Positions 35,115-45,308 of a stretch of 64,000 bases of DNA are shown one piece after another. This stretch comes from Actinomycetes bacterium (GTDB lineage Bacteria; Actinomycetota; Actinomycetes; Nanopelagicales; Nanopelagicaceae). Every line of letters starts with the position of its first letter. The stretch's first letter is position 1. Location: contig JAYTQV010000048.1 in assembly GCA_043746515.1 (NCBI GenBank), positions 6,676-70,675 of the forward strand. Direction: 5' to 3'. A program made the position numbers and the translations under genes. The notes beneath the pieces are model-generated. The model saw only the letters and a list, made by a program, of their open reading frames with translations, was not told the origin of the DNA and did not search any database.

Positions 35115-35573
35115 ATGAATAGTCAAGACCTGTTTCGTACCTACGCTGAAAATGCTCAAGCTTTTCTGATTGCGGCCCGCGAGATCTCCGCTGGTTCACT
35201 TAGTCATGCGCCAAACGCGGGGGAGTGGTCAGCCGCTTACGTAATTCATCATATGGCTGATGCAGAACTGCAATTCGGAGTTAGGTATGCAAATCTTTTG
35301 TCAGAAGACATCCCAGATATCGTTCCTTTTGATGAGGCAAAGTTTCCAGATGGCTTGAATTATGGCCTGCGGAGCGTCACACATTCACTAGCCGCCTTTG
35401 AAGCTACAAACAACATGAATTGCGAGATTCTGCGTAACGTCTCACCTGATGGCTGGAATCGAGTCACACTTCATCCAGCTCGCGGTTTGATCAGTTTGAC
35501 AGAGCTGGTAACGCTTTGCGGCAATCACATCGGCAATCACATTCCGCAGTTACGGGCCGCTAGCACTTCCTGA
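35115..35573 (+). CDS. DinB-family (four-helix-bundle metal-binding) protein
   Basis: 152 aa. It has the HHMADAELQF and HIGNHIPQL His motifs typical of DinB_2-like proteins. Confidence 0.55.
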   Translation: MNSQDLFRTYAENAQAFLIAAREISAGSLSHAPNAGEWSAAYVIHHMADAELQFGVRYANLLSEDIPDIVPFDEAKFPDGLNYGLRSVTHSLAAFEATNNMNCEILRNVSPDGWNRVTLHPARGLISLTELVTLCGNHIGNHIPQLRAASTS

Positions 35574-35600
35574 GATTATCTTTTTTCTAAGCCCTATCTA

Positions 35601-36425
35601 TTATGGAAGCACCTCTACCAGATTTTGTAATTGACCAAGCACTCCGGCGTTAATCGTTACTAGGTCGCCTTCATGCAGTGTGAAATTCGAATCTGGGACA
35701 ATTCCCGTGCCGGTAAGAATAAATACTCCATATGGCATGGAGAGTAAACGGTAAAGCCAAGAAACCAAGTCTGGAAAGGTCCGTTTCATCTGAGAACTTG
35801 AAGATTCTCCAAAAAAGACAATTTCGTTACTCCGCTCTACTTGCAGTGAAATTGGAAAAGTTGGATCCGGTATCTCCCAGGCGGGCACGATGAAACTCCC
35901 AAGTGTGCAAGACTTTTCATAAGATTTAGCTTGAGGTAGGTAGAGAGTATTTTCCCCCTCAATGGAACGTGAACTCATATCGTTGCCAATTGTGTACCCA
36001 AATATTTCGGCACTTGAGTTCACTACTAGAACGATCTCAGCTTCGGGAACATCCCAACCTGAGTCGTTGCGAATCCCAACTGCTCCCCCGTTAGGTACGA
36101 CTCTCCAACCCGCTGTCTTGTAAAAGATTTCGGGGCGTTCCGCTTCATAGACTTTGCTGTACAGATCAGGGATCTCAGACTCTTCCATACGTCCGACCTT
36201 GCTCCGTAAATAAGTGACTCCGCAAGCCCAAATTTCTTGCGTGGGATCGACCGGTGTTAACCAATGTGAACTAAGAGGAATTATTTCGTGGTTAGCTGCT
36301 TGAACTATCGATTGCGCCTCTTCAAGGTTCATCGATAGGAGCTCTGAGATTGTATGTTTCATTTCAAAATATCGACGCTCTCTTTCAACCACAAGAGCAT
36401 CCGAACTCCGATAGATCTTTGTCAT
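35601..36425 (-). CDS. Fumarylacetoacetate hydrolase (FAH) family protein
   Basis: The segments CGVTYLRS, PEIFYK, EAEIVLVV, GYTIGNDMSSR and LTGTG fit the FAH fold family. Confidence 0.7.
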   Translation of the reverse strand: MTKIYRSSDALVVERERRYFEMKHTISELLSMNLEEAQSIVQAANHEIIPLSSHWLTPVDPTQEIWACGVTYLRSKVGRMEESEIPDLYSKVYEAERPEIFYKTAGWRVVPNGGAVGIRNDSGWDVPEAEIVLVVNSSAEIFGYTIGNDMSSRSIEGENTLYLPQAKSYEKSCTLGSFIVPAWEIPDPTFPISLQVERSNEIVFFGESSSSQMKRTFPDLVSWLYRLLSMPYGVFILTGTGIVPDSNFTLHEGDLVTINAGVLGQLQNLVEVLP

Positions 36426-36513
36426 TTAAGAATCCTACTAAAATCGTATAGGAGCAGATACGTCTGATGAGACATAATCTGCGCTAACTCGTATTTGCAG
36501 ATAAATTAAAGGT

Positions 36514-37098
36514 ATGAGCAAATTCAATCCTGTACGTCGAACTCTTCTTATCGGGGCAACCTCCTCGATTTTCTTGGCTCGATTTCCATTGATTGCGCAG
36601 GCTCAGGGACCTACCGCGGTCTGTTCGCATGCAGGTCAAAAGATCATCTTCTCCGGCAAACATTATCTCTGTAAGAAAATTAACGGAAAATTGAGGTGGC
36701 AGCCCCTCACACCACTAAAACCTGTTGTAAAAGTCCATCCCTCCCCCGCAACAGCGTCGGCGCATCCGTCCGAGACAACTACTAAGCCCTCTGGATTTCT
36801 AGTTACTAAGCTTTCCAATTTGGTGGATGGCCAGGCGAAAGTTGTCACGGCCAAAGATCTCAACGGAAATTCTGTCGGGATTGCGTTATTTCTTTCAGGA
36901 GGGGTCGTTACTGCTCACTCTGTTATCTGTACTCATCAAGGCTGCATCGTTGCCGAAATGGGAAAGAACCTTGCGTGCCCCTGCCATGGTTCACTCTTTA
37001 ATGGGGAATCTGGGGCGGTAATAAATGGTCCAGCCCAATCTTCTTTGAATGCCTTTAAAGTGGCGGAAGTCAATGGAGATATTTATATCATTAGTTAG
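36514..37098 (+). CDS. Exported Rieske [2Fe-2S] domain protein
   Basis: Tat-like VRRTLLIGATSS...AQA signal and the Rieske motifs CTHQGC and CPCHGS. Confidence 0.8.
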   Translation: MSKFNPVRRTLLIGATSSIFLARFPLIAQAQGPTAVCSHAGQKIIFSGKHYLCKKINGKLRWQPLTPLKPVVKVHPSPATASAHPSETTTKPSGFLVTKLSNLVDGQAKVVTAKDLNGNSVGIALFLSGGVVTAHSVICTHQGCIVAEMGKNLACPCHGSLFNGESGAVINGPAQSSLNAFKVAEVNGDIYIIS

Positions 37099-38194
37099 TT
37101 CGAACTCCCACGGTAAATACGATCGTCACCAAGGCACTCAACATGATTGCTCCCGCCTGCGCAGAATTTAAAACTCCATTCGCAGCCCCCAGAGTTACCG
37201 CAGCGGCCGGTATCCCCAACTGGGCTGCCGAGAGCAGAACATTCCCTCTGGGCTGTCCATATAAAATTGATGGTATGTGCGCCATTAAGGCACCGAGGCA
37301 AAGAAGAAGAGCCAATAAAATCGTTTGCGAAGAGTGAAAGGTGAGTTTGACATTGATAGAAGCTCCTAGCCACACAAAATAAAGGGGAGCGAAAAACCCT
37401 TCGCTAACACCAAATAATTGTCGAGCCAGACGGTGCGGTACTCCTACGCTTGCAAGGACTACTCCGAGGGTAAATCCAGCGATCATCACGGAGGCATGGA
37501 AGTGCAGCGCTAAAGCGCAAACTAACAAGAGCAGAGCCAGGCTGATGCGTAGTTCCAATCCGAGATGATCTTGCTTTGAGATTTCGTGAGTACTAGCCAA
37601 CCAGCCACGGGACTTGGCGAACTTGAGAAGAAAAAAAATGATCGCAGCGGCGATTACTACTAAAATTGCACCCTCTAATGCATTTAAGTGACCATTTTTC
37701 TGAGTGACAAAAGGTAGAGCAATAAAGGCAAGGGCATCGGCAAGCGTGACTTGGGTAATCAAAATACTTTTTGAATCAGAGGGAGAAATATTCTCTATCA
37801 AGGGAATTACAAGTGCAGCCGAACTCGAAAAAGATATGACTGCAAGCAATTTCCAATTTGAGAAATTGACTAAGTGATCAATTATCACTCCAATAAACAC
37901 TGCTAAAATAAAATTTAATAGTAATATCCACCCGGCTTTTTCGATAGAATTTTTGCTTAAGGTCCGGTAGTCGATGTGGCTTCCTGCAGTAAACATGAGT
38001 AGAGCAAATCCAACTGTTGCAAGTAAAGTCAACGTGTGATCTTGGTATGGAATCTTATTAAATCCACTGACACCAAAGAGCGTGCCAATTGCAAGTTCAC
38101 CAACCGCTACCGGTACACCCCATTTTTTTGGTACTCGCAGAATTGGTCCCACCAATCCCGCAACTACCAGCGCTCCCAATAGTTGAATGCTCAT
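37091..38194 (-). CDS. Cation:proton antiporter (CPA/Na+-H+ exchanger family) membrane protein
   Basis: 367 aa with ~11 TM segments and a Kef/NhaP-like sequence character. The assignment is at family level only. Confidence 0.6.
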   Translation of the reverse strand: MSIQLLGALVVAGLVGPILRVPKKWGVPVAVGELAIGTLFGVSGFNKIPYQDHTLTLLATVGFALLMFTAGSHIDYRTLSKNSIEKAGWILLLNFILAVFIGVIIDHLVNFSNWKLLAVISFSSSAALVIPLIENISPSDSKSILITQVTLADALAFIALPFVTQKNGHLNALEGAILVVIAAAIIFFLLKFAKSRGWLASTHEISKQDHLGLELRISLALLLLVCALALHFHASVMIAGFTLGVVLASVGVPHRLARQLFGVSEGFFAPLYFVWLGASINVKLTFHSSQTILLALLLCLGALMAHIPSILYGQPRGNVLLSAAQLGIPAAAVTLGAANGVLNSAQAGAIMLSALVTIVFTVGVRTN

Positions 38195-38220
38195 GTCGCA
38201 AGGCTAATAGAATCATCCCT

Positions 38221-39582
38221 ATGAATACGATCAATAGAGGGCACTTACGCAAACTGATATCTCTAGAGAAATCGCGATTCCTAGCTCTTCATCCAAAAAG
38301 TGGAGAACTCTTTGAGCAAGCAAAAGTGGTAATGCCAAGCGGAGTTCCGATGTCCTGGATGTCAAAGTGGCCAGGGGCTTACCCGATATTCGTTGACTCA
38401 GCGCAAGGCGCCCACTTCACAGATGTAGATGGAAACGAATATATAGACCTCTGTCTTGGGGATACCGGCTCCATGACGGGGCACTCACCAGTCGCCACGG
38501 TTGTGGCAATAAAGTCTCAACTCTCCCGTGGACTGACGGCGATGCTGCCTACGCAGGACGCAGTCATTGTTGCTACTGAACTATCGCGTCGCTTTGGTTT
38601 ACCCCTGTGGCAATTTACAGTAACTGCCACGGATGCAAATCGCCATGTAATTCGATATTCCAGATTAATAACAGAGAGATCGAAAATAATCGTGATTGAT
38701 AAGTGCTATCACGGATCAGTTGATGAAACATTTGCCACCTTGGATGATGCAGGAAATACGGTAAAGCGCCAGGGCAATTTGGGTGCGCCTATTGATTTAG
38801 CGCAGACAACACGAGTCGTTGAATTTAATAATTTAGAGGCCATGGAAAGCGCCTTGTCACTGGGTGATGTAGCCGCAATTTTGATGGAACCCGCTATGAC
38901 CAATATTGGAATTGTTCTCCCGCAAGAAGGTTACTTACAGGGGGTCAGTGAACTCGCTAAAAAATATGGAGCAATGTGGATTATCGATGAGACCCACACA
39001 ATTTCCGTTGGCCCTGGGGGTATGACTGCACAACTTGGACTAGAACCTGACTTTTTAACAATAGGAAAAGCTATCGCTGGTGGAATTCCTACCGGAACAT
39101 TCGGAATGCGCTCAGAAATTGCTGCACGCATTGCGGCGAAGGTCGAGAGAGAACTCATCGATACCAGTGGAATCGGAAGCACCCTAGCTGGCAATGCGTT
39201 GAGTATGGCGGCAATGCGCGCAACTTTGACTGAGGTACTCACAGAAGAAGCGTTTGTGCGTATGGTCACCTTGGGTGCCCTTTGGTGTGATGGTGTTGAC
39301 GCTGCAATAAGAGAATTTGAACTTCCTTGGCATTGCTCCCGCCTAGGCGCACGTGGTGAATATCTTTTTCAAGCGACCGCTCCACGAACAGGGCGCGAAG
39401 CATCTGATGCAGGGGACTTCGAGCTAGAGCAGTACGTTCATCTGCGCCTCCTCAACGAAGGCTTCCTTATCACTCCTTTTCATAACATGGCGCTTATTTC
39501 ACCTGTCACCACACGCGCTGATATTGAATCTCACACCAAAGTATTTAAAGAGATGTGCGCACAATTGGTCAATACGCAGTGA
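38221..39582 (+). CDS. Class-III (GSA-aminomutase-like) PLP-dependent aminotransferase
   Basis: Segments DVDGNEYIDLCLGD, WIIDETHT and TIGKAIAGG (PLP Lys). I moved the start to ATG 38221, because the listed 38089 start overlaps the antiporter gene. Confidence 0.75.
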   Translation: MNTINRGHLRKLISLEKSRFLALHPKSGELFEQAKVVMPSGVPMSWMSKWPGAYPIFVDSAQGAHFTDVDGNEYIDLCLGDTGSMTGHSPVATVVAIKSQLSRGLTAMLPTQDAVIVATELSRRFGLPLWQFTVTATDANRHVIRYSRLITERSKIIVIDKCYHGSVDETFATLDDAGNTVKRQGNLGAPIDLAQTTRVVEFNNLEAMESALSLGDVAAILMEPAMTNIGIVLPQEGYLQGVSELAKKYGAMWIIDETHTISVGPGGMTAQLGLEPDFLTIGKAIAGGIPTGTFGMRSEIAARIAAKVERELIDTSGIGSTLAGNALSMAAMRATLTEVLTEEAFVRMVTLGALWCDGVDAAIREFELPWHCSRLGARGEYLFQATAPRTGREASDAGDFELEQYVHLRLLNEGFLITPFHNMALISPVTTRADIESHTKVFKEMCAQLVNTQ

Positions 39583-40259
39583 ATGTAAAGAGCATTTTAA
39601 GACCTCATCATACGATTCCTCGTACCTCCTGGACAGCTTCTTCACAGTGGTCACTCACTCCGCAACGCCTACTAATTTTGGCTTTTGGGCTCATAATTTT
39701 TGGCTTTGGAGAGGCCCTGCTCATTCAGTCAACACTTGGAAATTCCCCATGGGCAGTTCTTTCTCAGGGCTTAAGTAAGCACACACCCTTTTCTTTGGGT
39801 TGGTCTACATTTTTTATTGGCGTCTTAGTTTTACTCGGGTGGATTCCTTTGAGACAGCGACCTGGATTTGGGACACTGGCTAATATCGTTCTCATCTCAC
39901 TCGCTCTACAAATCGGAACCGACATATTTCCGATTGTTCACCACAATTTTTTGGTTAGATTTGTATATGTATTTGGCGGGATCGCTCTCATCGGTTGCGG
40001 CTCATCTTTATACATTACCTGCGGGTTAGGCACTGGCCCACGCGATGGACTCATGACTGGAATTCACAAAAGGTCTGGAGTGCGGGTAGGACGGGTACGT
40101 CTTGTCTTAGAAATTCTCGTTCTTTCCATCGGTTGGGCGATAGGTGGAAGAGTTGGAATTGGAACTCTTTGCTTCGCGCTCTTTATCGGAAATTCAGTTG
40201 CTATCTGGCTCGGAATTGTTCGCCATCTGGAAAATGCCATCCAACATCGACGGAGTTAA
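39579..40259 (+). CDS. YczE-like polytopic membrane protein
   Basis: Segments GNSPWAVLSQGLS and GTGPRDGLMTG. I chose the GTG at 39579 as start because it forms a GTGA start/stop overlap with the aminotransferase gene. The listed ATG 39555 is the alternative. Confidence 0.55.
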   Translation: MNVKSILRPHHTIPRTSWTASSQWSLTPQRLLILAFGLIIFGFGEALLIQSTLGNSPWAVLSQGLSKHTPFSLGWSTFFIGVLVLLGWIPLRQRPGFGTLANIVLISLALQIGTDIFPIVHHNFLVRFVYVFGGIALIGCGSSLYITCGLGTGPRDGLMTGIHKRSGVRVGRVRLVLEILVLSIGWAIGGRVGIGTLCFALFIGNSVAIWLGIVRHLENAIQHRRS

Positions 40260-40925
40260 CTTTCTGGTAAATGTGTTCTGTTGGCTAGGGTGATAACTCC
40301 CAATCACTTTTATTACTGCGCCTTGAACAGATGTGACCAAAAATGTTGCTCCGTGGCCAAATTTTGGTCTAGGCGTGGGTAACTTAAATCCCATCGTTAA
40401 CAATTGTGCGATGAGTCCGGTCCAAGCAAAATTACCGAGCGCGACGAAAACCTTTACGGTGGGTAGTAACAGCTCAATTTCATTTGCCATAAATGCAGCG
40501 CATGTTGCCTTTTCTGCCGGGCTCGGCTTGTTATCAGGTGGGGCGCAACGTACCGCGCAGAGAATGCGGGTTTTATAAAGTTCTTGTCCATCATCACGAG
40601 ATTCGCTACTGGGCAACTTCGCTAACCCAGTTCTATAAAGAGATGAAAATAAAAAGTCCCCTGAACTATCACCTGTAAATATCCGACCTGTCCGATTTGC
40701 TCCGTGCGCTCCTGGAGCAAGTCCAACGATCACTATCTCGGCTTTACTATCTCCAAACCCAATAACTGGTCTTCCCCAATAAACATGGTCTGAATATGAC
40801 TTGCGTTTTGTGAACGCAACTTCTTCACGCCAGGCGACTAGTCTCGGGCAGAGTGTGCATGCAGTGATGGCTCGATCCAGCGCCGCAATTGTTCTATAGC
40901 GTGGCAAGGTTCCACGCAATGCCAT
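40194..40925 (-). CDS. Uracil-DNA glycosylase, family 4/5 type (UdgB-like, Fe-S)
   Basis: CTLCPRL, then VGLAPGAHGANRTGRIFTGDSSG (a GLAPG motif rather than GEAPG), and HPSQQN. I moved the start to ATG 40925. Confidence 0.75.
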   Translation of the reverse strand: MALRGTLPRYRTIAALDRAITACTLCPRLVAWREEVAFTKRKSYSDHVYWGRPVIGFGDSKAEIVIVGLAPGAHGANRTGRIFTGDSSGDFLFSSLYRTGLAKLPSSESRDDGQELYKTRILCAVRCAPPDNKPSPAEKATCAAFMANEIELLLPTVKVFVALGNFAWTGLIAQLLTMGFKLPTPRPKFGHGATFLVTSVQGAVIKVIGSYHPSQQNTFTRKLTPSMLDGIFQMANNSEPDSN

Positions 40926-41808
40926 CGAGTATGTCCGACTCAGATGCAACAAATTCTGAGGCACCAGTAAGCGCCATTACGCGAGAGAGGACCAAAGATC
41001 CAGCAGTTATTACATCTACCCTTCCTGGGTGCATAAATCCAAGAGATGCAATCGCATCGCGATCCATAGATGCAAAATTTGCCGCTACCTCATGAACGCT
41101 TTGGGCGGAGATTCGTGAGAGATGGATCGAATAACGGTCATACTCCGAAAGACCTAGCGCGGCTGCAGCAACTGTAGTTGCTGTACCCGCCACTGCAATA
41201 AGCGTTTGTGCTTGCGAAAAATCAACTCTTTGAGCTGCCTCTGCAATCGCGGCATCGATATCAACAATTGCCGATTCACACTCTGCCTGAGAAGGGGGTT
41301 GAGAGACTAGGTGACGCTCTGACATGCGAACACAACCAATATTTACCGATTGCGCCGAAATAACGCCCTCTCTCCCCAGCACAAATTCGGTTGAACCTCC
41401 GCCGATATCCACCACGAGAAAAGGTGCGAGCTCTTGACCTAGTTCTTTGGTAGCGCCAAGGAAGGAAAGGGATGCTTCTTCCTGGCCTGAAATTACATCA
41501 GGGGCGATACCTAAAATTTCGGTAACACCTCCAATAAAAATATCTCGATTTGAAGCATCTCTAGTCGCACTTGTCGCAACGAAACGAATTCGTTCGACTC
41601 CTTTGGAGCGAGCAAAATTTGCATAGCGTTGGGTGGCTACGAGAGTTCGATCAATCGCTTCCGGAGCAAAGGCATGATTTTTATCTACACCTTGTCCCAG
41701 ACGAACAACCTGCATCTCGCGGTGAACTTCTCTAAAATTATGTCCTTCAATATCTGCAATAAGTAAGCGCAGAGAATTGGTACCGCAATCTATTGCTGCT
41801 ACTCGCAT
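40894..41808 (-). CDS. Ppx/GppA-family phosphatase (exopolyphosphatase)
   Basis: MRVAAIDCGTNSLRLLIA, VDIGGGSTE and ASEF. The alternative upstream start is 41826. Confidence 0.85.
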   Translation of the reverse strand: MRVAAIDCGTNSLRLLIADIEGHNFREVHREMQVVRLGQGVDKNHAFAPEAIDRTLVATQRYANFARSKGVERIRFVATSATRDASNRDIFIGGVTEILGIAPDVISGQEEASLSFLGATKELGQELAPFLVVDIGGGSTEFVLGREGVISAQSVNIGCVRMSERHLVSQPPSQAECESAIVDIDAAIAEAAQRVDFSQAQTLIAVAGTATTVAAAALGLSEYDRYSIHLSRISAQSVHEVAANFASMDRDAIASLGFMHPGRVDVITAGSLVLSRVMALTGASEFVASESDILDGIAWNLATL

Positions 41809-42290
41809 GGATTTGCCATCCACCAATCGGGTAGAGCAGCAAGCGCCTCATCACCCAATGGATTTACACCGCTACCTGCTCCTAATGAATGAGCAACTAA
41901 TGAATGCAAACATTTCACTCGATCTGGCATGCCACCCGCTGAAATTCCCTCTACCTCCGTGACGTTCATTCCAAGTGCTGCGCGCGCGGCCAAGTAATCA
42001 TGATGTGCAGCGTAGTACTCACCCATCAGCACCACATCATCCTCCAAACGACTTTGCATTTCTGCCATCATTCCAGAACTCTCTAGTGTCGAAATTGCAC
42101 CCGTTAGCCTGGGGCACGTCGCATAGTAAAAGGTTGGGAAAGGAGTTCCATCAGTTAACCGCGGTGGGGTTTCAACAACATCAGGCTTGCCACATGAGCA
42201 GCGGTGTGCGACGGCGTGCACATCACGAGGTGTACGCCCCAACTGAATGGCAATTGTGTCTAGATCACTATGTGTGGGCTTCTCGCTCAT
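41799..42290 (-). CDS. DUF501 domain protein
   Basis: 163 aa with CSCGKP and PFPTFYYATCP. It sits between the ftsB-like gene and ppx, as is conserved in actinobacteria. Confidence 0.7.
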   Translation of the reverse strand: MSEKPTHSDLDTIAIQLGRTPRDVHAVAHRCSCGKPDVVETPPRLTDGTPFPTFYYATCPRLTGAISTLESSGMMAEMQSRLEDDVVLMGEYYAAHHDYLAARAALGMNVTEVEGISAGGMPDRVKCLHSLVAHSLGAGSGVNPLGDEALAALPDWWMANPCE

Positions 42291-42304
42291 CCTTAATGCA
42301 CCGG

Positions 42305-42685
42305 TTAATTCGTGGTTCTAATTGTTGAGATTAAACGAGAATACCAGGGAGTGCCCCCAGGCACGACTCCTTCAATCGGCGCAACAGGCACAGTGGCGGA
42401 AGTGTTCGGTGCCTGATTTGATAAAACTATGTACTCGCGCTCTCCAGGAAAAACATAATGCAATCGAATTCTGGCTTGGGAGGCTACGTACGTGGGGTCG
42501 GCCCATTTTGTTAATTCCCTTTCTGCTTCTTCCAAAGTTGACTGAGAGGCAGAAAGTTGAGCGCTATACGCATTTATTTGAGCTCTTTGCGCGAAATAAC
42601 TGTGGAGCGGTGGCGCTAAGGTGATTGCAAGAATCAAGAGCACTGTGGCGAAAGCTAAGCTCCGCCCTGACACGCTTTTGATCAC
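42305..42685 (-). CDS. Septum formation initiator (FtsB/DivIC-like)
   Basis: 126 aa with an N-terminal TM segment and a coiled coil, directly downstream of eno. Confidence 0.65.
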   Translation of the reverse strand: MIKSVSGRSLAFATVLLILAITLAPPLHSYFAQRAQINAYSAQLSASQSTLEEAERELTKWADPTYVASQARIRLHYVFPGEREYIVLSNQAPNTSATVPVAPIEGVVPGGTPWYSRLISTIRTTN

Positions 42686-42701
42686 TAATGGATATTACGT
42701 A

Positions 42702-43991
<1,290 letters not shown>

Positions 43992-44011
43992 TTAGTTGTT
44001 ATTGGGTAATT

Positions 44012-44677
44012 CTAGCGAGTTGAATCCCACGGCTTGTTCTCCGCTTCATATTCATGAATTCGAGCAATATACGATTTAGTTGCCGCACGAAGGGCAATTT
44101 CAGCATCCAAACCTAATTTCTGGGCTTGATCTAAAATTCCAAGAAGAACATCCCCGAGCGCACCTTGATCAGTATCACGTGCAATCGTTACTGGATGAGA
44201 AACAGGAAGTGAATATCCGTATTTATCAGCTCGGTAGATCATCTTTGCCGCTAGTGCCATCGCTGGCTGGGCGGTAGGAACGCCATCTGTCGCCGAACTA
44301 CGACCTTTCTCTTCACGTTTCTGTTTCTCCCAATTTTCTAGCACATCATCAAAAGTTACTTCCGAATCTGTAAATACATGAGGATGACGTCTCACCAATT
44401 TATCTGCAATTCCACCAGCAACTTCCTCAATAGAGAAAGGATCTGCGGCGTCTTCTTCAGCGATAGCGGAGTGAAAATAAACTTGGAGCAGAACGTCGCC
44501 TAACTCTTCTCGCATAGACGCTCGATCTCTTTCATCGACGGCTTCAGAGAACTCATAGGATTCTTCGAGCAAATATTTTAAGAGTGACTCATGGGTTTGC
44601 TCGGCATCCCAAGGACAACCACCGGGAGAGCGCAGTCGATGCATTACCTCTTTGAGTCGCACCAGTTCAGAGGTCAT
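44012..44677 (-). CDS. mazG: MazG nucleoside-triphosphate pyrophosphohydrolase
   Basis: GGCPWDAEQTHESLLKYLLEESYE and EELGDVLLQV. Confidence 0.85.
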   Translation of the reverse strand: MTSELVRLKEVMHRLRSPGGCPWDAEQTHESLLKYLLEESYEFSEAVDERDRASMREELGDVLLQVYFHSAIAEEDAADPFSIEEVAGGIADKLVRRHPHVFTDSEVTFDDVLENWEKQKREEKGRSSATDGVPTAQPAMALAAKMIYRADKYGYSLPVSHPVTIARDTDQGALGDVLLGILDQAQKLGLDAEIALRAATKSYIARIHEYEAENKPWDSTR

Positions 44678-44692
44678 CGCGTCTTGAATCGC

Positions 44693-45292
44693 TTACTTAG
44701 TGGCAGTTGGAGGAGTAACGCTCACCTGTGCGGCGTTCCATGTTCCATACTTAGGATCAATGGTTACCCCTTCTTTAACAGCCTGAGCATGGACTAGGGC
44801 AACGACTGCGGATCCGGAGTTAGCCACCGACGAACCTTGCTTCTCCACAAGGGCGGTTAACGCTTCAACATACATAAAGCGGCGGACTAAGCTCGGGAAA
44901 TCAGTGGTTGCAATGTCGCCAGAAACCTCTTCAGCTTTTAACTTGGAAGCTGATCCGGCTTGAGTGAGGTACTTAGCTTCGCGCGCTGCTACTTGCGCAT
45001 CGGTCACGACAACTTTATTCGCGGCGGCAGTATCAGCTAGCAATATTGCAATGACGTAATTATTTAATTGCTCAGTAGTGAGATTTACACCTGACGCTAA
45101 GGTCATTCCCGTCGTTGATACCGTCTTGCGATCTGCTAAGACCTGCTTTACAGAGGCTTGAACCTGACTGGCACTAACTTTAGTTTTCCCGACAGTGGCA
45201 GCCGCTTTAACAGAGTCAAGCCCTAGCCAGAGCCCCACACCCGCTCCGAGTACGACCACGACACCAACTACGCCAGCGATTAACTTCTTCAC
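44693..45292 (-). CDS. Membrane-anchored hypothetical protein (SurA-N-terminal-like)
   Basis: 199 aa with an N-terminal TM segment, Ala/Val-rich. It lies between mfd and mazG. The family call is tentative. Confidence 0.4.
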   Translation of the reverse strand: MKKLIAGVVGVVVVLGAGVGLWLGLDSVKAAATVGKTKVSASQVQASVKQVLADRKTVSTTGMTLASGVNLTTEQLNNYVIAILLADTAAANKVVVTDAQVAAREAKYLTQAGSASKLKAEEVSGDIATTDFPSLVRRFMYVEALTALVEKQGSSVANSGSAVVALVHAQAVKEGVTIDPKYGTWNAAQVSVTPPTATK

Positions 45293-45308
45293 ACGCGACT
45301 CCTAAAAA

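Noticed and set aside
38089-38220. N-terminal extensions in the ORF track for the aminotransferase (38089). Similar extensions occur for ppc (48797), mfd (48806), the binding protein (17179), the pilin (25228), pilD (24734) and UDG (40964).
   Set aside because: Each extension overlaps the neighbouring gene and has a non-protein-like sequence. Internal starts give canonical N-termini, several with clear RBSs, so I trimmed the coordinates.
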